From Eledone cirrhosa (taxonomy: Eukaryota), in the NCBI GenBank assembly GCA_964016885.1, contig OZ024746.1, positions 101,990,001 to 102,054,000 of the forward strand: 64,000 nt of DNA, read 5' to 3'. Positions 1 through 12,759 of this stretch are shown here, piece after piece (within the stretch, counting starts at the first letter, position 1; each line of letters starts with the position of its first letter). The notes below the pieces were generated by a model. It saw only the letters and a list, made by a program, of their open reading frames with translations. It was not told the DNA's origin and did no database searches. A program made the position numbers and the translations under genes.

Positions 1-257
1 ATAAGAATAAAACACTGAGTGGAGCATTTCAAAGAGTCTGGACTAATCAACATCATCGACATATGTCTATTTTACTTATTGGGATGGGTTGGTCAGGTTG
101 TCCTGTTCTGATACTAAGCATAAGTTAGACAGGTTGTCTTGTTCTGAGACTAGTCAGGTCAGGTAATCATATTTTGCATGGTTTCTATGACTACATGTCC
201 TTCTAAACTATTATTTGCTATCAGTACTAAACTGCCACCAGTTGAATTTAGCAATGA

Positions 258-1221
258 CTAGCATTAAAGCCCGGCGTTGCTCGGGGTCAGTAAATTACCA
301 AAGTTAGGTTGCACCACCCATTTTATGGCAGCACTTTTTTGTCTGCCAGGCACTGGGTGAATGAATTGCAGACCTGGACTGCCGAAGCAGGAGCTGCGCC
401 AGCAGTGGCTATTGTAGTTTCGCCTATGGATATTATCTCTGTGCAAAGAAGTGTTGAAATTTATTGTTTCACAGTACTTGTGCAACATGCGCGTAGACGA
501 TGCCAGCCGAACAACAGAGCTGCGATGGAGTTGTTCTGCATGGTTGTCTAATGTGTGTTTTCTAAATTTAAGACAGTAGGGAGGGGTGTGATATGGGGGA
601 GAGTTAGCTGCTGTTTCTAGCAGGTTTAGTGACCTCATAGAGAATATGTTTTCTAAATTTAAGACAATAGGGAGTGGTGTGATATGGGGGAGAGTTAGCT
701 GCTGTTTCTAGCAGGTTTAGTGACCACATAGAGGATATTATTGTGTATAGTAAATGAACTGATACTTCTTTCTTCCACGTTCGTTGATAGATGTTTTAAA
801 AAAGATTTATCGCTATTTTTTTTGTTGTTGAATAAATTTATCTGTTGCTTTTGAATAATTGTTGTTTCGTATGAAATGTAATAAGTTCTCTTTGTCATTG
901 AAGTAAATAAATATTTGACCGTTCCACACTCAAAAACAAATGTTCTCTCTCTCTGTCTCTCTCTTAAAGTTTAAGGGGAGTAGAGAGAGGTAATCAGATT
1001 CTATTAGAGGGGTAAAGCGTCATTTATTTAGTTTTATCGATTATTTCCGTATTTGTGGGTAAGTGTGAATGAAATAAATAGTCGTTGATCTAAGTTAGAG
1101 CATTTACAACATTCTTACAGACTTTGAGTCGAATCAGTTTGAAATTGTGCAAATGTATAAACATGGAACATGCACACACACACACACACACACAAAACAA
1201 CAACAATCTGCCTTTTATAGA
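258..1221 (-). mobile_element. Non-autonomous Helitron
   Basis: Minus strand reads A|TCTATAAAAGGCAG...CCCGAGCAACGCCGGG hairpin...CTAG|T, i.e. canonical TC/CTAG ends, subterminal hairpin and AT target. The hairpin resembles the Helitron 3' end at 39925-39951. Confidence 0.7.
557..735. repeat. ~90-bp tandem duplication of a dispersed repeat (TTAGCTGCTGTTTCTAGCAGG motif)
   Basis: Two near-identical copies of TGTTTTCTAAATTTAAGACA...GTTTAGTGACC. Related motif at ~7790 (-) and ~37855. Confidence 0.75.
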
Positions 1222-1615
1222 TAATGATGATTCTTTAACTTATCACAGAATCTAAAACTGAAGAACAGCTGCTAGACTAGATGAAATCCCAGTTGAGTTG
1301 ATGAAGTTTGGTGATGTAATGGTACAAAATTGAACAGTTTCCTGAGAAGAAAAATGTATCCCTAAAGATTGGAGAAGAGATGTGATCTTCAAACTGCCAA
1401 AGCATGGCAATATGACAGTGTGACAACAGGAGGGGAGTAATATTATTGTCAGTTCCTGGAGAAGTGTTTACAGTACTGATGATAAGACTGAAAGGAACTG
1501 GACAAACAACTAAGAATAAATTGGACTGACTTTCAGAGAAGAGAATCATTCTCTGAGTAAATATTCACATTTAGAATACAACATTGAACAGTACTTTGAA
1601 TTGCACCAACCATTG

Positions 1616-1790
1616 ATCGGTAGAGAGTCGGACGCCATGCTTTCCAGCATAGTTACGTCCCTTTGCGGTCTGAGTTCAAATCCCGCCGAGGTTAACTTTG
1701 CCTTTCATCCTTACGGGGTCGATAAAATAAAGTACCAGTAATGTACTGGGGAATTTGCTGGCCTTATGCCAAAAGTAGAAACAATTATCT
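1616..1790 (+). mobile_element. tRNA-derived SINE with Meta/MESC-like central domain
   Basis: B-box GAGTTCAAATCC followed by GCCTTTCATCCTTACGGGGTCGATAAAATAAAGTACCAG. Near-identical to copies at 11803-12190. Confidence 0.7.
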
Positions 1791-2099
1791 TCAAGAAGAT
1801 AGTTTACATTGGGATCACTGTAAAATATTCTGTGATCACTTAATATTCTTAAGCGTTATGTCACCACTATTATGCCAAATGGCTGTGACCTACCTTTACT
1901 TTTGTGCCTTCTTAATTTGAACTTTGTCATGAGGAGATCAATTGAGCCAGTAAACTTTGACATTGCATAGAAGCAGCTGCTCAAACTTCAAGATTTAGAC
2001 ATATCTGATATTGCACTGCTTTCAAAGAACAACAATAAGAAGCAACCTGCTAGAAAAGTTGAGCTAAAGATTAGTATTAAAAAGACCAATGTGATGGAG

Positions 2100-2290
2100 A
2101 CTGACAGTAGGAAAGTGTGTGGCTTAGTAGTTAGAGTGTTCAGAGTTTTATTTCCAGCAGCATATTGTAACATTGAGCAAGATACTTTATTTCATGGTGT
2201 TCTAATCAACTGAGTTGTACCAGTAATTCAAATGGCAGTGATGCTTCATGGAAAGATTTCAACACTGCATTTGTCAATTGAACATGTAAC
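2100..2290 (+). mobile_element. Degenerate CORE-type SINE
   Basis: TGGCTTAGTAGTTAGAG A-box and TTGAGCAAGATACTTTATTTCA core similar to the 12339 copy. Confidence 0.5.
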
Positions 2291-2429
2291 AGATTAGCAT
2301 TTCTTTTTTCCTAAAGCAAACAATTTATTGAAACATAAAGGATCGATTGACTTTCGTCAAATCGGACCGAAGAAACAATGTTTACGTTGGTCTTTCCAAT
2401 TGCTAATACTATCTATCGGTCGCAATTCC

Positions 2430-2550
2430 AGGTAGAAAGAGCAACGTGAAATAAAGTGTCTTGCTCAAGGACATAACGCATCACCCGGTCCAGGAATCGA
2501 ACTCACAACCTCAAGATTGTGAATCCAATTCTCTAACCACTCAGCCACCA
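2430..2550 (-). mobile_element. tRNA-derived CORE-type SINE head
   Basis: Reverse complement has A-box TGGCTGAGTGG, B-box GAGTTCGATTCC and GTCCTTGAGCAAGACACTTTATTTCAC. Confidence 0.7.
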
Positions 2551-2695
2551 GCCAATCAATTCACAGTTGTATAAATAATATTGAAAATATTGATGGAAAT
2601 ATGGAAGAAAAAGAAAAAAAAAGGATAAAAATGAAACCAAACAACAAACAGAGGGGGAAGGGGTAAAGAAGGGCAGACCTAGCTGTATAGGGGGA

Positions 2696-5330
2696 TGTAA
2701 TGAGAAAGCTACTGCACTTACCGCAATTCTGCTAGCTCACTCAACGAGCCATGCCTCATCCACTCGTATTCGCATGTCTGTCCATCGCGGGTCACAGCTG
2801 AAAGAGAGCCCACAGATGCTCCTGGGTACGCATCTCACGTCACTTCCTCTTCCGCCTCCGGTCCATCGTCCCCAGCTTCCAGTCACCTCCTCCACATCAT
2901 CACACCATCCTCACACGCCCCCCCTCCTGATCTCAAGGATCAATCTCCCCCTCAGACTGCTGCATGTGATAATCTGCCGTCCAGCCAGGCGGTCGGCAAT
3001 CTCGTTGCAATCTCCGTAATGTTGGGGCGGTGCTTTGGATTTCCTCTTCCTCGAAGTCCGTTGACACAACGATTCTATGGACATCCAGGATATGACGTGG
3101 CACTCCATCCACGGACATGTTATTCTGGGAATTTATGGCCGTTACCATTCCCTTTCCCCATTGAGATGTGCAACGTGCGCCTGGGGGCTTAACCCAGACT
3201 TCTTCGCCCACATGTACGAATGCGTTCTCTCTCTCCACTGGCCATTGTGGCACAGTGCATGGGTGCCGCCACTCGTATCTGTATATTGCTCTGTGTGGCA
3301 CCGATTCCTCAGCCTGTCCCACCCAAAACACTGCCTCCATTGGTGAGATGTACCCCCGCTCCGCCATTGTTTTGATTGTGCAGTGGTGTCACTCCACGAT
3401 TCCATTTCCGCTTGGCATGTATGCTGCTCTGAAGAAGCGGTCCACCTTCCACTCATCAAGCATCTCCCTCAGCGCCTCCAAGCGAAACGTTGCGCTGTTG
3501 TCCATCAGCAGTTCATCCACAGGGCCCCGCTCCAAGAATATCTCTCCCAACATCCGTGTGATTTCCTCCGCAGTTCCAGTCTTCATCTCCCTCCATATGG
3601 CTATCCATCCCAGTCCACAGTCAACCATCGAGAGGTATGTTCCCTGTCGGTAGTGTGTTACGTCCACCGCCAATCGCTTCCAGTCACGATCCACCGGGAG
3701 ACTTCCCATCTCATGCACACCCGGAGCGGGATCAATAGACTGACATCGGACACTGTGTCTGCTAACGTCGGAGTCGATTCTCCTGGCTAGGAACAGGGTC
3801 CTATCCACTCCCATGTGGTGCATGTCATGCAACCCTTTAAGTTCCGACTCGCTCAGCCGACACACAGCAGCTATCTCCTCTTCTACCTCCTCCGGCGCTT
3901 CCATCCAGGCTTTCTTCGCCCTGGTTAGAACGTCTGCTCTATTTTTCTCTGAGGGCACGAAAATCACACTCAACCTCAGGTTGAACTCGGCTGCCAGCTC
4001 TCCTAGAGTTCCCAGGCAGCGCTTTATCAGCATTTCTGCCGCCCCTCTTGTTCACACTCTCTTCTCACTGGTAAGCACTGATCTCACCCATCCGAGTGCA
4101 GTGGCTGAGTCGGTGCGAATCTCAACGGTACGCAGTCCCCACCTCAAAGCGAGGTTCCCCCCTCTCAACACAGCGTCCAGCTTGGCCACATTGATGTGGT
4201 TGCAATCATCTTTCTTCCTGAGCCAGGCTGCATCCTCGACCTCGACACCTTCTGTCTCCAGCGTGATACCTAGCGCTATGCTGCTGGCATCACACCATAC
4301 GGTCCCGCTCTGCGATTCAGGGACATACCAGCGTCCTCGCACCGGGTCGTCGGCCTTCACCCTCCCCACGATCTCCTGCATCATAGCCACCGTCCTCTCT
4401 CCCACTTTGTCACTCCAAGTCACCCCGTCCACTCGTCTCTTGACATAGCTGCATGCCGTCCAGAGCCACCCAGCGATTGGGTAGTGACCCACTAATTTTC
4501 CACACACCGAGAAGAGTTCCCGTCTATTCATATTTGGGCCCAGTTCCGGGACTTCATTTCCCCTCCGAAATACCAACATGCCCGTCTTATCTCTTCACAG
4601 CCTAAGTCCCAGCGCGGCTCCTCCCTCCAACGCCTCCGACGGCTTCGCCGTCAATCTGTACCCTTGTAAATGGCTTGTGACCTCCGCCACCGACACTATA
4701 GTCTCGTCCACGAGGATGTCGTCGATGTAGAAATTGGTAGTCCTCTTCATCTTGTCGGCTTTTCCCAGAATGGTCTTGAGGACCGCTGCCATGATCTTCG
4801 GTGCAGAGTTCTGCCAGAAACCGAGCCTGGTCAGGCAATAGGTCCAGCCCTTATAACTGACAAGCTGATACTGCCACAGCTTCTCCTCTACGTGTAGCTA
4901 TAGATATGCCGACTTTAAATCGACAATTGTGGAAGCCCCCATCATACGTCTCCACTCATGCAGGGTTTCCCGGCAGACATCCGTGACCTCGCCACCCGTG
5001 TGGCACGACATGCTCATTCAGTTCCCGAAAATGCAATAGCGGTCTCACCTTTTTCTTCGTGGGTTGCGCCACCGCCATTAACGGCAGTACCCCACACTTC
5101 ACTTCCTCTTTCCAGGCATCTCTCTACCTCTCGCTCAAACTCGCTCCTAGTGTCTCCTTTCAATGTGTGCTGATAGCAGCCCACTTTGTTCTTCAATGTT
5201 GGTGGTTCCCCCTTCCAGTACCACTCAACAACCTATCGTTGCCCGTCGAACACGGCCTTGAAATCCTTATCCTGTACAGTGTAAGCGGCATATTTTTCCT
5301 CGTGGACCTTCTCGTTCCCCTGTCGCGTAC
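2696..5330 (-). mobile_element. Ty3/Gypsy LTR retrotransposon, 5'-truncated and decayed (RT-RNaseH-integrase + 3' LTR)
   Basis: Minus-strand ORF fragments: RT YIDD (4595-4792), RNase H WCDASS (4052-4579), integrase HHCC remnant and D..D..E (AVDVTH / LMDNSATF / GNGIVE). PPT AGGAGGGGGG followed by an LTR starting TGTGAGG at 2915 and ending CA at ~2696 (or 2684). Confidence 0.9.
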
Positions 5331-5500
5331 AGGAGTGATGCTAGAGCTGTGAAATCTTGCATGCATTAGTTTCAATTCTTCTAATTAATAACTGCAATGT
5401 TTCTTTCTAGAGACTATGTTGAAAAATAAATATCTTTTGGTCATTCCATGAGAGTATCTTGGTCACCAGACTACAGAACAGCTTTTAGAACATATGAAAA
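5331..5500 (+). mobile_element. Mariner/Tc1-like terminal remnant
   Basis: GGAGTGATGCTAGAGCTGT is shared with 31398-31416, which follows a TA-CAAGGGTAGGCTGAAACGTCC mariner-like end. Confidence 0.4.
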
Positions 5501-5688
5501 GTTTTCTCGTTGTTGCTTGGAAACATTTAGTACTTTACTTACTCTCGTGGTCTCCAATAAACCCTCTCCTAAACCGCTTATTAAATCTTGCTAACATATC
5601 TGCGAAATATTATTTTAAGTGGTAGCATTTCTGCGACAATTAATTTTCTTTATACATTGAAACACATTATTACTAGAAATCTTATACA

Positions 5689-6122
5689 TGTAGTGACATG
5701 GTTAGTGGGTCTGGTCACTACTTCTGATCGAATCTGAGAATAGCCCTTAAAAGGATTGTTATCGCATATGGTAAGGATGAACAGACAAAAGAAGTTGAAA
5801 AGACGAGCAAGGCGAGAGATGTAGTTTCGGTCAGCTATTTATTTTCATACATGAAGCGACAATACAGAGGGTCAAAGCGTGTGTGAGTGACAAGTGTGGC
5901 AGAGGAGAGGAACAACGATACGCGAGCTGACTCTGCCAAAAGTCGACTGGCGAAAGTGTTTGGAACCACTCTATTTATACAAAAATAATCATTTGATGTT
6001 TAGCCGCTGCGTAGGCGTTTTATTTTGGTAATTTAAGGGTTGTTTGTTTCACGGTGAGGTAGCTAGCTAAGCAGATAGATAGAGTTGTTTATTTCACAGA
6101 TGTTATTTCCGGTGGCTGTACA
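5689..6122 (-). mobile_element. Putative solo LTR
   Basis: TGTAGTGAC terminus (shared with 57345-57689), minus-strand TATAAATA and AATAAA in LTR order, CpG-rich relative to flanks. Right boundary uncertain and no clean TSD. Confidence 0.4.
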
Positions 6123-6713
6123 TACGTAATAAAATAAATAGAATGGGTTGGAGTCTCAATTAGTAAACTAAACGACTAATTCTGTTTGTTTTTTTAATCA
6201 ACGGAGACAAGCTAGAAAAATTATCGATTGGGCCCCGAGTGTGTTATTATAAAGCAGTTGGTGTGAAAATGGTCATTCAACTATATAAGGGCCTAATTTT
6301 AAAAAATCGTTATCTTTACTTCGATCACGTTGAATTTTAACAACTTTTAAAAGCATAGATAAATTGTTTTAGATATATGTGTGTTTGTTTTTAAATTGAC
6401 TTTCTTTCCTGCTAGAAAAACAAACTTCTGTCGGCGGTGTGAGGACAGCCAGTATCAAAACATTGATGACAAATTACACATATGTATGTATCATTTTCTC
6501 TCATATCAATGATTATTCGGAAGTTTATTACGCAGAACTTAAAACGACTATTCTTGGTTTTACAATCGATACATATATGTCCTATTTCACACGTAATATT
6601 TCTATTGATTGTTCAATATGCTTTGATAATTCGAGAGAGTAAGATGTATTAGTGTAGCCACGTGTGAAATATGTGGAGAGTGTCACTAGACAAGGGAGGT
6701 AATAGATGTAAAC

Positions 6714-6935
6714 ATGGCTTCACAGCAACATGATCGTACAACTAAATCACTGGACGACGACGATGAAGACGAACTAGACAAAGTTGAACTAATGTTAAAA
6801 CGAGCTGGCTGCCTCGAACTTCACTATAAAGTACAAGAGTGCATGGCAGAGCACAATGATTGGCGTAAATGTCAACAAACTTTGAAAGATTTTAAGGAAT
6901 GTTTTAATCTCTCCAGGAAAGAAGGCACTCAATGA
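6714..6935 (+). CDS. COA4: Cytochrome c oxidase assembly factor 4 (twin CX9C/CHCH mitochondrial IMS protein)
   Basis: 73-aa ORF with an acidic N-terminus and GC-x9-C...DWRKC-x9-C (GCLELHYKVQECMAEHNDWRKCQQTLKDFKEC), matching COA4/CHCHD8. Good Kozak context (AACATGG) and AATAAA at ~7540. Confidence 0.93.
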   Translation: MASQQHDRTTKSLDDDDEDELDKVELMLKRAGCLELHYKVQECMAEHNDWRKCQQTLKDFKECFNLSRKEGTQ

Positions 6936-8032
6936 TAGGAATTTCCAATTAATATTTTGTAAGTATTCGGCTATCTACACGGCCACAATCTGTGTGTAGA
7001 AGGGAAAGTAAACATGTATTAATATGGATATTTATATACTTTACATATTAACGTAGAATGGAGAAATGAAGATATCTAATCACTTATATAATCTAGACGT
7101 ATATTTCTGATATTATATAACATGACAGTGTAAACAACACCTGCAAACTAGTAAATAACTGGGGTGGGCCTAGAGATTGATTTCTTAGGCAACAACTTTT
7201 ATTTTTATCTGCATGTATGGAACGCAGTTGAAAGCCGGGAGGATGAGGGGCAAGGTCGAACCCAGCAGGATTTAAACTCAGTAAGATTGCTGCACACACT
7301 AAGCGTACCTTTTGATCATAGTATCATTATTTTGAATTTTATTTTTATTATCGTGATGTCACTGTTATGACAGTATTATTGCATGTATTTTGTGAGCTTT
7401 CTTAGGATCGGAGCTATTTTTAGTGGTTACTACTTAATTCAATGAAACAGTATTTTGTGATATAATTACATTAAGACTACTGAATACTTCTACAAACCTA
7501 CAGCACGGACAGCCTTTTTTTTTGCAGCAGCAGGATTTCAATAAACATCGTATGTGTTTCAGAGTATATGATATATTAATTATACTTGATATTTTGAGGA
7601 ATCGTCAAGTTCCATTAAACTTTGGTCGAGAGAAAGTGGCAGTGATTGAGAGAGAAATTAACAAACTCAAGCCTCTAAATACACATGCTTAGTAACAACT
7701 TATTATATATAACCATAACATTTACCTGTGTCATATCTAAAGTCAGAGTCGCAAGTTAATATTACCTGGTTTGTATGATTGCTCTACCTACTAGAAATAG
7801 CAACAAAATCCCCCTCAAATCAATTTCTGTCGTCTTAAGAAAGGAACAACACATTGGATGATGTGACCCTAGATATATTATGCTTTAAAATTAGATGGGT
7901 TAGTTTCCCATAGTTTGCTTGGTCAGGGCTGACCTTGAACTCAACAACAGAAACATCCAAAAATCAATTAAATTATTTAGCAAAAATATAACATTCAGAG
8001 AGGTGGGGGTGGGTCTTATGAGTATCCCCATT

Positions 8033-8730
8033 CCCACCTGTGCACTTCATTTCTGGCGCCACACCTGAATAGTGGAGTTTCCATCTATCCAAATCTACAG
8101 TATCAGAGCCACAGAATTGAGGAAACCCCAACTATATCTAGCCTCCTCCACTACTTCCTGATCCTTACCTGTAAGGGTTGTAATGTTCCAGGTTCCAACT
8201 GTCAAGGTTTGCTTCCTTCTGAACCCTCTTTGGGGTCTTGGGATACAGAATCTTTATGCATCCATCCAACACCTCCCAGGACAAGGCCTATTGCTAGTTT
8301 TTGCAACATGAAATGAAGACTGCAAAATATTTTTCAAACGGGTCCCTCTACCTAAGGTCTGAATGCTTCCCTTGTTAACCTGCATGAAGGACGATGCAAT
8401 ATGATTATTTTTCTTACCTCTCACCATATTGCAGTTTGACACTTTGTCAAAATCATGAAGACTGGGCTGTTTTAGAGGTGGCCTTTACTTTCCTCATCAT
8501 CGCTAAACCACTGGGTTTTGAGAGTTTTCTTGGGAGTTACAGCTGTTACCCATTGCTCCATCTTTCCTAGTAGTTTACTGCTGTTGGTCCAGTAGGAGCC
8601 TGCCTATATCGCAACTAACCATCATATCTGGTGGCCATATCACTATCCGCCACCTGAAACCCATTCTCAAGCAGAACAGCATTAGGAGGGAGGATTTGCC
8701 TCTTGAAACTTAGGTTGAAAGATATGTCTC
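8033..8730 (-). mobile_element. RTE LINE family 2, inverted 5' segment (5' UTR + start of APE endonuclease)
   Basis: Reverse complement matches 31930-32170 (+): ...GTTGGAACCTGGAACATTACAACCCTTAC (VGTWNITTL). Confidence 0.75.
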
Positions 8731-8734
8731 CATG

Positions 8735-10350
8735 AGTGCAAGTTTATACACCAAACAAGAAGTCTAAATAGAGGTCCTTCCTTGATGAAGTCACTGCAGC
8801 GTTAGATGTTAAGATTGAGTTATATATCCTGATGGGAGACTTCAATGTACATGTTGGCACTGACCACCTGACATGGAAAGGAGTGATTGGAAGGAATGGT
8901 GACCTCAATCTAAATACAAATGGAGAGGCCTTACTAAACTTCTGTTCTAGCAATGGACTATTATGAACACCTTCCAGCACAGAGACATCCATAAATATAC
9001 ATGATATAAGGGGAATCAGGGACAGAGATCAAAAATTGATTTTGTTATTGTCTCTGATCTATTTGATTCTGTGCTGGATGTTTGTGTTAAGAGAGGGGCT
9101 GAGCTGTCAACTGATCACCATCTAGTTACCTGCAAACCCAATCACAACAGCATTTTCTGATATACACGAGGTGCATCTGGGACTGATGATTAGTCTCTTG
9201 GAGGCTGAGGTCACAAGAGTAGTTAAAGAGCACAAATGTGGCAAGGCCACTGGGGAGGATGAAATCTGGCCTGAGATGTTAAAAGCCTTAAATAGGGAAG
9301 GTAATCTCTGCCGGGTGGCCTGGATCTATGGAAAGGCACCTAAGCAATGGCAATCGGGAGTTATAATCCCAATTTTCAAAAGGGGAGACGAGAGATTGTT
9401 CCAATTACAGAGGGATCTCCTTGTTAAGTCTCCCCAGTAAAGTCTATTCACAATGCGGCAGGTATTGCCAAGAGGTATATTCTTGAAAAGGCATATGGCC
9501 ACATCCCACAGGACCTGCTGTGGAAGGTTCTGCAGGAGTATGGGATCAATGGTCAGCTTCTCGCTGCCCTGATGTCTCTATACAAATGTCCAAGTATTTG
9601 TGTTCGGATAAATGGTGCTATATCAAAACCATTCAATGTGGGAGTTGGACTCCACCAAGGGTGTGTACTGTCACCTCTCCTTTTATTATTTACATGAACG
9701 GGATTGACAGCCAGGTTGGAAGTGGTATCACAGCAGGTGGTAAAATCTGTCAACTGGAATTTGAAGACAATATGATGCAAGTCGGAGATCATCTTTTGTT
9801 GAGTTCGACAAAAGATGATCTTCGACTTGCACTTGATAGGTTTGATGCCAAGTGCTGCATGGCTGGAATAAAAATCAGTGCTGCGAAAACTGAGGCACGT
9901 TCTCTCAAGGAAGCCTGTGCAGTGCACTCTACATATGAATGGAGTTCCACTGAAGCAGGTGGAGAAGTTCAAGTATCTCGGGGCCGTGTTCACAAGTAAT
10001 GGAAGGCAGGGGGCTGAATTAAGTGCAAGAATTGCAGGAGTTGATGTTGGTATGCACCAGCTTCAGTAAGTGTTAAAGCCAAACTTGCTATCTTCAATTC
10101 AGTATTTGTGCCAACCCTTCCCTATGGTCATGAATCTTGGGTTATGAATAGAAATGGCCGGAATGGGGTTCCTCAAAAGAGTCTTTGGAGTAACATTACT
10201 CGATAGAATGCATAGCTCGGAGATCAGAGAGTCACTCCATGTAGAGATGCTACTTCTCTGAATTGAGAGATTACAGCTTCAATACTATGGGCATGTGGTT
10301 AAAATGTCTCAAGAAAGAATCGCTGGATAGATTTTATGGGCACAACCTAC
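8735..10350 (+). mobile_element. RTE LINE family 2, decayed APE-RT body
   Basis: Fragments MGDFNVHVG, KATGEDEIWPEMLK, QGCVLSP, VEKFKYLG, YGHV. Homologous to 32265-32900 and 21970-22290. Confidence 0.85.
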
Positions 10351-10803
10351 TGCCCTCACAACCCTCAGCCCATGTCTCACTGCCATGAAGCATGACAGAG
10401 CGAACAGAAGCAGAAAACATACAAAAAAAAATACATAACATTTAGTTAACTTAGAAGTATCTAAACATTTCAATAATTCAAGAAATCCCTGACGTATTTT
10501 TTTTTTTTTTTTTTTAATTATCCATGGTTTCTTATATTTTTACTAAGCAGGACATCTTGAAGTAGAGGAGTTGTGATCTAATCAACCCTACTATTTTGGC
10601 ACTTATTACCACTACCAGCCCTTCAGAATCTAATTAGGGTTATGGGATTCACAACTGCAATATTGCTGTCTGAAGCTTTAAAACTCTTTTCCTACTATAT
10701 CAAACATAAAACTAATAATATGTTTCTTCATTGTGTCGTTTGCTTTGGTATTTCTGTTTGCCTTTTGCATACACGCACATATATATATATATATATTAAT
10801 CAA

Positions 10804-11500
10804 TGAAAAAAGAGTTAGTTGATTTGTGATCAACTCGTTCTTATATATAAGAGATGTAAACCACTCAACAGAATAAAATTATCCAAAGTATTATTATAAT
10901 AATAATAGTAATAAATGAAAGATATATACTTATATATAATGAAGTGCAAAGTGAAACCTACTACAGTCAGTAGGCACCTCTAACAAAATACACCCCCGTC
11001 CCACTACCCCCCACCCCATCCACACCACCCCTTTCAATGTAAAGTTATGTTGGTACCACAACATCCAGCCCGAAACAAATGAGGTCGTGTAGGTATCACG
11101 ACAAAAAAACACAGTCCACGCTGTAATGTGGCCGTGTAGGTAACACGGTAAAAACCTCCCAGTTCCACACTGTAAATGTGGTTGGTGTTAGGAAGGGCAT
11201 CCAGCCGTAGAAAACCCGCCAGACAGTCCTATGCGAGCAAGATAACCACTCTTGCCTCAAGTGGGAAAACTCCCGTCCAAACCCATGCAAGCGTGGAATA
11301 TGGACGTTAAACGATGATGATGATGATGATGATGAATGAAATAGAGATGATGAATGAAATAGAGATGATATAAAGTATATATCTTTCATTTATTACTATT
11401 ATTATTATAATAATACTCCGGATAATTTTATTCTGTTGAGTGGTTTACATCTCTTATATATAAGAACGAGTTGATCACAAATCAACTAACTCTTTTTTCA
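10804..11500. repeat. 128-bp inverted repeat pair (10804-10931 / 11373-11500)
   Basis: The arms are reverse complements with 2 mismatches seen. Confidence 0.9.
10940..11338 (+). mobile_element. RTE family 1 3' UTR/tail fragment
   Basis: Matches 14909-15075 and carries GTTGGTGTTAGGAAGGGCATCCAGC and a (GAT)n tail. Confidence 0.8.
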
Positions 11501-11802
11501 AATTTCGAAGATGTAAAGTTTTATGTATAACATAAAGCAAAACCTCAACACATAAGTGGGTAACGTAACTCCCTTATGTACTGAGGTTTTTCTAGTCATA
11601 TGCCTGGTGGTCACCGATCTGTCCAGCTCATTTGTTAACCAGCATATCAGGAAAAAAAATTATAGATTTTCTGTATATTTTGTCTGGGAACATGTTTTGC
11701 TTTATGTTATACATAATACTTTACATCTTCGAAATATATATAATGAAATAGAGATGATATAAAGTATAGATCTTTCATTTATTACTATTATTATTATTAT
11801 AA

Positions 11803-12190
11803 GTGGATTGGCAGAATCAGTAGAGAGTCAGACACCATGCTTTGCAGCATAGAGTTATGGCCATTTACAGTCTGAGTTCAAATTCCACTGAGGTTAACCT
11901 TTCATCCTTACAGGATCAATTAATAATAAAGTACCAGTAACATACTGGAGTCAATTTAATCGACTTTCCCCACCCCCAAGTTACTGGCCTTGTGCCTCTG
12001 TGAATTGGTAGTATCGGTAGAGGGTCGGACGCCATGCTTTGACGCATAGAGTTACGGCCCTTGCCATTCTGAGTTCAAATCCCGCCGAAGTTAACTTTGC
12101 CTTTCATCCTTACGAGGTCGATAAAATAAAGTACCAGTAATGTACTGGGTAATTGCTGGCCTTGTGCCAATAGTAGAAACAATTATTATT
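11803..12190 (+). mobile_element. Two tandem Meta/MESC-like tRNA SINEs
   Basis: Two consecutive copies of the 1616-1790 element, with an (ATT)n tail. Confidence 0.75.
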
Positions 12191-12338
12191 ATATGTTGTT
12201 TGCATTTGAAATTATTTGTTGTTTCACTTTCTAAAGATTTATTAAGTTTAAAGATTAAAATGTAATTACAAATACAAACAACATACATACCAAATATACA
12301 CCATATATATACCATATATATATATACCAAATATATAT

Positions 12339-12725
12339 GGAGACACATGGCTTAGTGGTTAGAGCATTGGCCTTGCAATCAAAAGGTTGTTAGTTCAATT
12401 CTCAGACCGGGTGATGTGTTGTTTCCTTGAGCAAGACACTTTATTTCACATTGCTCCAGTTTACTCAGCTGTAGAAATGAGATGATAGGGACTGGGATCC
12501 ATATCATTCCACTGTAAAGTGGACGTGTAGGTGCCACGCCAAAAAAAGCACCCAGCCCACACTGTAAAGTGGTCATGGAGGTGCCATGGCAAAAAAGCAC
12601 CCAGCACTCACTGTAAATGAGGTTGGTGTTAGGAAGGGCATCCAGCTGTAGAAATCAAGCCAGAATCAGTTCCCGTCCCACCCTTGCAAGCAGGGAAAAG
12701 CGGACGTAAAATGGTGATGATGATA
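12339..12725 (+). mobile_element. Full-length tRNA-derived CORE-type SINE with RTE-derived 3' tail
   Basis: A-box TGGCTTAGTGG, B-box AGTTCAATTC, CCTTGAGCAAGACACTT core, 3' part nearly identical to RTE 3' UTR 21085-21230, (GAT)n tail. Confidence 0.85.
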
Positions 12726-12759
12726 TACCATATATATATATATATACCATATATATACC

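Noticed and set aside
12339-12415. Functional tRNA gene
   Set aside because: A/B boxes are present, but the cloverleaf is imperfect and continues into SINE core and tail; multiple copies exist.
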